DNA of 44,822 nucleotides, from positions 1 to 44,822 of the IMG/VR virus record IMGVR_UViG_3300027852_000012. One strand, 5' to 3'. The notes beneath the pieces were generated by a model. It worked only from the letters and a program-made list of their open reading frames with translations, was not told the DNA's origin and did no database searches. The DNA comes from a virus. The translations under genes and the position numbers were made by a program. This document shows positions 42,490-44,822 of this stretch, piece by piece. Position 1 is the first letter of the stretch, and each line of letters opens with the position of its first letter.

Positions 42490-42960
42490 CTATTTCCATC
42501 TTCTCCTGCCTCCTTCGGCAGTATCTACATGAAAGCCCCAATCATAGTAATGAAAGCCAGCAGGCCAAGTATCCCTTAAATCATAATAGAGTTCCTCATG
42601 CAGTGTCTTCTGTGAGAGGGCTTCACTACTATCTAGCAATTCAAAATCAACAGCACAGGGAGAAGCCTTACTTAGGTGGAAACTGTGCCAAGAGCCCCAA
42701 TTTACAGGCAGGCCCCTCTCCTTATAAATTTGCTCGTGCCACTCATCACAACTCCAACCACGATTCGGAACAATCTTAATTGTAGTTGTCTCATGTCTTC
42801 CGTTTAATTCTGCCCTGATTGTTTCTAAGGCCCAAAGCACTGGCATCATCCTATGGATTACTTGCTGCTCATCATAACGATCATGATGCTGACAGTGCTT
42901 GCCCTTACAATATATCTCGCTTAACTTGAAGTGCGGTGTTAATAGCTGATTTAAATCCAT
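42490..42960 (-). CDS. Peptidase M15-family (zinc D,D- or L,D-peptidase) endolysin
   Basis: 156 aa. N-terminal HFKLSEIYC. Zn-ligand pattern SWHSF...AVDF...GFHVDT (H..D..H). Confidence 0.6.
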   Translation of the reverse strand: MDLNQLLTPHFKLSEIYCKGKHCQHHDRYDEQQVIHRMMPVLWALETIRAELNGRHETTTIKIVPNRGWSCDEWHEQIYKERGLPVNWGSWHSFHLSKASPCAVDFELLDSSEALSQKTLHEELYYDLRDTWPAGFHYYDWGFHVDTAEGGRRRWK

Positions 42961-43193
42961 CAGTCCTCCTGCAATGTAAGATCCCGGTTTTCAGCCTTCG
43001 GCAATTTTCGATATGCCGTTTCAAACGTTTTCTTTGGTAACCATGAAATGTGTCCGTCTGAATATTTTACAACATAGCCAGGCTGTGTTTTTCGATTTAT
43101 GTTATCTTCTTTTTTGAATTGTTTTAAAAAAGAGCGTTCATTTAATGCATAGGCAAGAATGAATTTTGGTCCAATATAAAGTGTTTCTTTCAT
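42960..43193 (-). CDS. Small conserved-looking phage protein (77 aa), unknown function
   Basis: Start re-picked to the ATG at 43193, with the SD GGAGGA. Contains YIGPKFILAYALN...GYVVKYSDGHISWLPKKTFETAY. Confidence 0.5.
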   Translation of the reverse strand: MKETLYIGPKFILAYALNERSFLKQFKKEDNINRKTQPGYVVKYSDGHISWLPKKTFETAYRKLPKAENRDLTLQED

Positions 43194-43194
43194 C

Positions 43195-43572
43195 TTAATC
43201 CTCCAGCAGTGTAAGATCCCATTCATATATAAATGTTATTCCAATATCAGCCTTGAAGATCATTAAAGCCTTACCTTTTTCTTTACCAAAAAATCCATAA
43301 GTATGTCTTGTGATACCAACACCAACGCTACGTTCATAGTAGAAGTTTGGTGTGTAGAAGTATTGACAATCAGCACTCTTCTTTATCAGCGTAGGTGATC
43401 CATCAGAGCCAATCAAATACACAAGACCCTGTCTGAAATAATAGTCCTCATATCCTACCCCTGCAAAAGAGAAACGCCAGGTCTGCCCTTCAATATTGGC
43501 AAAGAGTAAGGAAGGGATTAATAAGATTGTGGCTGTGATAGTTAGTACTAACTTTCTAATGCTTTGTTTCAT
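43195..43572 (-). CDS. Secreted/periplasmic protein with a signal peptide (125 aa); possibly lysis-associated
   Basis: SD AAGGAGG. N-terminus: MKQSIRKLVLTITATILLIPSLLFANIEG. Confidence 0.5.
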   Translation of the reverse strand: MKQSIRKLVLTITATILLIPSLLFANIEGQTWRFSFAGVGYEDYYFRQGLVYLIGSDGSPTLIKKSADCQYFYTPNFYYERSVGVGITRHTYGFFGKEKGKALMIFKADIGITFIYEWDLTLLED

Positions 43573-43584
43573 ATGTCTGCCTCC

Positions 43585-43680
43585 TTAATTATTAAAAAAC
43601 CTAGCAATCATAATAGCCACGAAGAGCCCTGCGCCACCTAGTGTCAGATGGATGAGTACTCCTTCCCAAAATTTATTCAT
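43585..43680 (-). CDS. 31-aa single-TM peptide (holin- or antiholin-like candidate)
   Basis: Not in the ORF track. Sequence: MNKFWEGVLIHLTLGGAGLFVAIMIARFFNN. Its stop lies within the downstream gene's SD region. It is very short, so this is tentative. Confidence 0.3.
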   Translation of the reverse strand: MNKFWEGVLIHLTLGGAGLFVAIMIARFFNN

Positions 43681-43912
43681 ACGTAGATTCCTCCAAATCT
43701 TTTTTAAGCTTTTGTTGCGCTTCTTCAAACTTTATTGACAATAAGGTTGCAATATCTGTTTTCTTATTCCTATTTACCCACCAAGTTTCCTCTAACGTCT
43801 TTGCTGTCTTATCACACCCAGGGCGGATACACTTGTACTTAATCCGTGCATCTAGCCACATTTTCAATGGAGCTTCCCTGAATTTATGTCCAATGATTTT
43901 ACATAGCCACAT
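43673..43912 (-). CDS. Hypothetical protein (79 aa) with an N-terminal CxxxGHK...C..C motif
   Basis: SD AGGAGGAA. Sequence begins MWLCKIIGHKF...CIRPGCDKT. Confidence 0.5.
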   Translation of the reverse strand: MWLCKIIGHKFREAPLKMWLDARIKYKCIRPGCDKTAKTLEETWWVNRNKKTDIATLLSIKFEEAQQKLKKDLEESTYE

Positions 43913-43924
43913 TATTCCTCCTAT

Positions 43925-44119
43925 CTATTTTCCAAGTAAACACTTAATCTGATCAAAAACAAAAAGCCAAATTTTTCCTGGTAAAGATAATGCTCGTCTT
44001 ATTTTTCTCTTTTTTTCATTCTGATACGCTATTACTGCCAACGCTTCTTCTGCTCCTATTGGAATCCCCCTTGCTACAAGATCACTTAATTCTTCTAAGT
44101 TTTTAATACTACGATCCAT
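43925..44119 (-). CDS. Hypothetical protein (64 aa)
   Basis: SD AAGGAGGATG. Confidence 0.5.
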   Translation of the reverse strand: MDRSIKNLEELSDLVARGIPIGAEEALAVIAYQNEKKRKIRRALSLPGKIWLFVFDQIKCLLGK

Positions 44120-44134
44120 TGCATCCTCCTTTCT

Positions 44135-44314
44135 TTATCCAAAATACAAATCTTTAGCGCACTCATCGCAGAGGTAATTTTCTACATCTAAATCAATTTG
44201 ACAAGTTTCACAGAGTAGGCAACTACATTTGTAACAAAGAATAGTATGATCTCCACAAGGCTGTTTGCATCTGTTACATATAGTGGAAAACATAACCTCT
44301 TGTTCATCTAACAT
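44135..44314 (-). CDS. Cys-rich zinc-finger protein (59 aa)
   Basis: Start re-picked to the ATG at 44314, with the SD GGGAGGGG. Multiple CxxC pairs: CNRCKQPCGDHTILCYKCSCLLCETC...CDEC. Confidence 0.55.
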   Translation of the reverse strand: MLDEQEVMFSTICNRCKQPCGDHTILCYKCSCLLCETCQIDLDVENYLCDECAKDLYFG

Positions 44315-44316
44315 CT

Positions 44317-44664
44317 TCACCCCTCCCACGGATATACTATCCACTCAGGCCCCACATTGTGCAGACTGTAAGTCATAGTATGTGCAATATACTGTGCATT
44401 ACACTTCTTATGTAAGCAAGCAAAGTTATAGATACGTAACCCATTTCTAGTTGCACCACTATCAATAACCTCATCTACTACCAAGACTCCTGTATCAGGT
44501 CTTGCAACTAAGGGCAAGCGCAGTAAGGAGGACATCCTAACAGCCAAACAACAGCCTCCTCTAGGCACTCCAAATATAGCCTCATACTCTCCTCCCTCAC
44601 ACAAGTAGGCTAATGCCAGTGTATCCTTCTCAAACTCCTTCCATGTATATATTACTTTGTCCAT
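44317..44664 (-). CDS. Type I purine phosphoribosyltransferase, xanthine-guanine PRT (Gpt)-like (115 aa)
   Basis: PRPP-binding loop VLVVDEVIDSGAT. FGVPRGGCCLA resembles Gpt AVSRGGLVP. C-terminal EWIVYPWE resembles Gpt WIEQPWD. SD AGGAGGGAGG. Confidence 0.65.
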   Translation of the reverse strand: MDKVIYTWKEFEKDTLALAYLCEGGEYEAIFGVPRGGCCLAVRMSSLLRLPLVARPDTGVLVVDEVIDSGATRNGLRIYNFACLHKKCNAQYIAHTMTYSLHNVGPEWIVYPWEG

Positions 44665-44822
44665 CTATATAACCTCCCTCCTTTCTTACCGACTTTAAGT
44701 TCTTCTACTAGGTTGGCTTGCTTTAGTGTATCTAATAATACCGTCAGCCTCCCAGCATCAATTCCTCTAGCCGACATCCTTCTTACTAATTCTGTCCTAG
44801 TCATCTCACTATAGCGCTCCAA
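44652..44822 (-). CDS. 3' end of the junction-spanning DUF3987-like helicase CDS. Bases 44696-44822 duplicate 1-127.
   Basis: Reading the frame through the junction gives ...LVEELKVGKKGGRLYRWTK, then a TAA at 44652-44654. It overlaps the PRT start by 13 nt. Confidence 0.6.
   Translation of the reverse strand: MERYSEMTRTELVRRMSARGIDAGRLTVLLDTLKQANLVEELKVGKKGGRLYRWTK
44696..44822. repeat. Terminal direct repeat, copy 2 (identical to 1..127)
   Basis: Exact match by eye. Confidence 0.9.

Overview
The window reads as one complete, circularly assembled tailed-phage genome. It has 44,695 unique bp, and bases 1-127 recur exactly at 44696-44822. I saw no rRNA, tRNA, integrase, transposase, reverse transcriptase or CRISPR array. 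All family calls come from motifs I recognise by eye, not from searches.

Architecture: two divergent arms leave a ~2.5 kb AT-rich, repeat-laden control region (about 11.9-14.4 kb) and converge at 42264-42283.

Leftward arm (minus strand, 13743 down to 1, wrapping to 42264):
- five tiny ORFs written almost without C;
- an origin-like iteron / inverted-repeat / (TA)n block;
- a replication plus 7-deazaguanine DNA-modification operon: queC, queD, folE, queE, a DpdA-like transglycosylase, a UDG4-PolA fusion polymerase, an AAA_24-type ATPase, a Cas4-like nuclease, a DUF669-like protein, and a DUF3987-like helicase that spans the window junction and is absent from the ORF track;
- a Gpt-like phosphoribosyltransferase, small Zn and TM proteins, an M15 endolysin and an Xre HTH protein.

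Rightward arm (plus strand, 14368-42283):
- terS, terL, portal, scaffold, major capsid and a decoration-like protein;
- an accessory island: Zn-ribbon protein, GT2-methyltransferase fusion, signal-peptide FN3 protein, a thioredoxin-fold gene with an in-frame TGA at its CxxC motif, and a signal-peptide beta-helix protein;
- tail, nozzle and fibre genes, then internal-virion-type proteins ending in a 1898-aa giant.

The gene order is podovirus-like: no tape measure, tube or sheath is recognisable. Nearly every CDS has a GGAGG-type SD, and I used this to re-pick several starts.

Most noteworthy:
1. a candidate phage selenoprotein (UxxC thioredoxin fold);
2. a ~1.1 kb early cassette whose template strand is about 1.5% G;
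3. an origin-like repeat architecture in a genome with no recognisable primase;
4. a purine phosphoribosyltransferase co-operonic with the DpdA/preQ0 genes.
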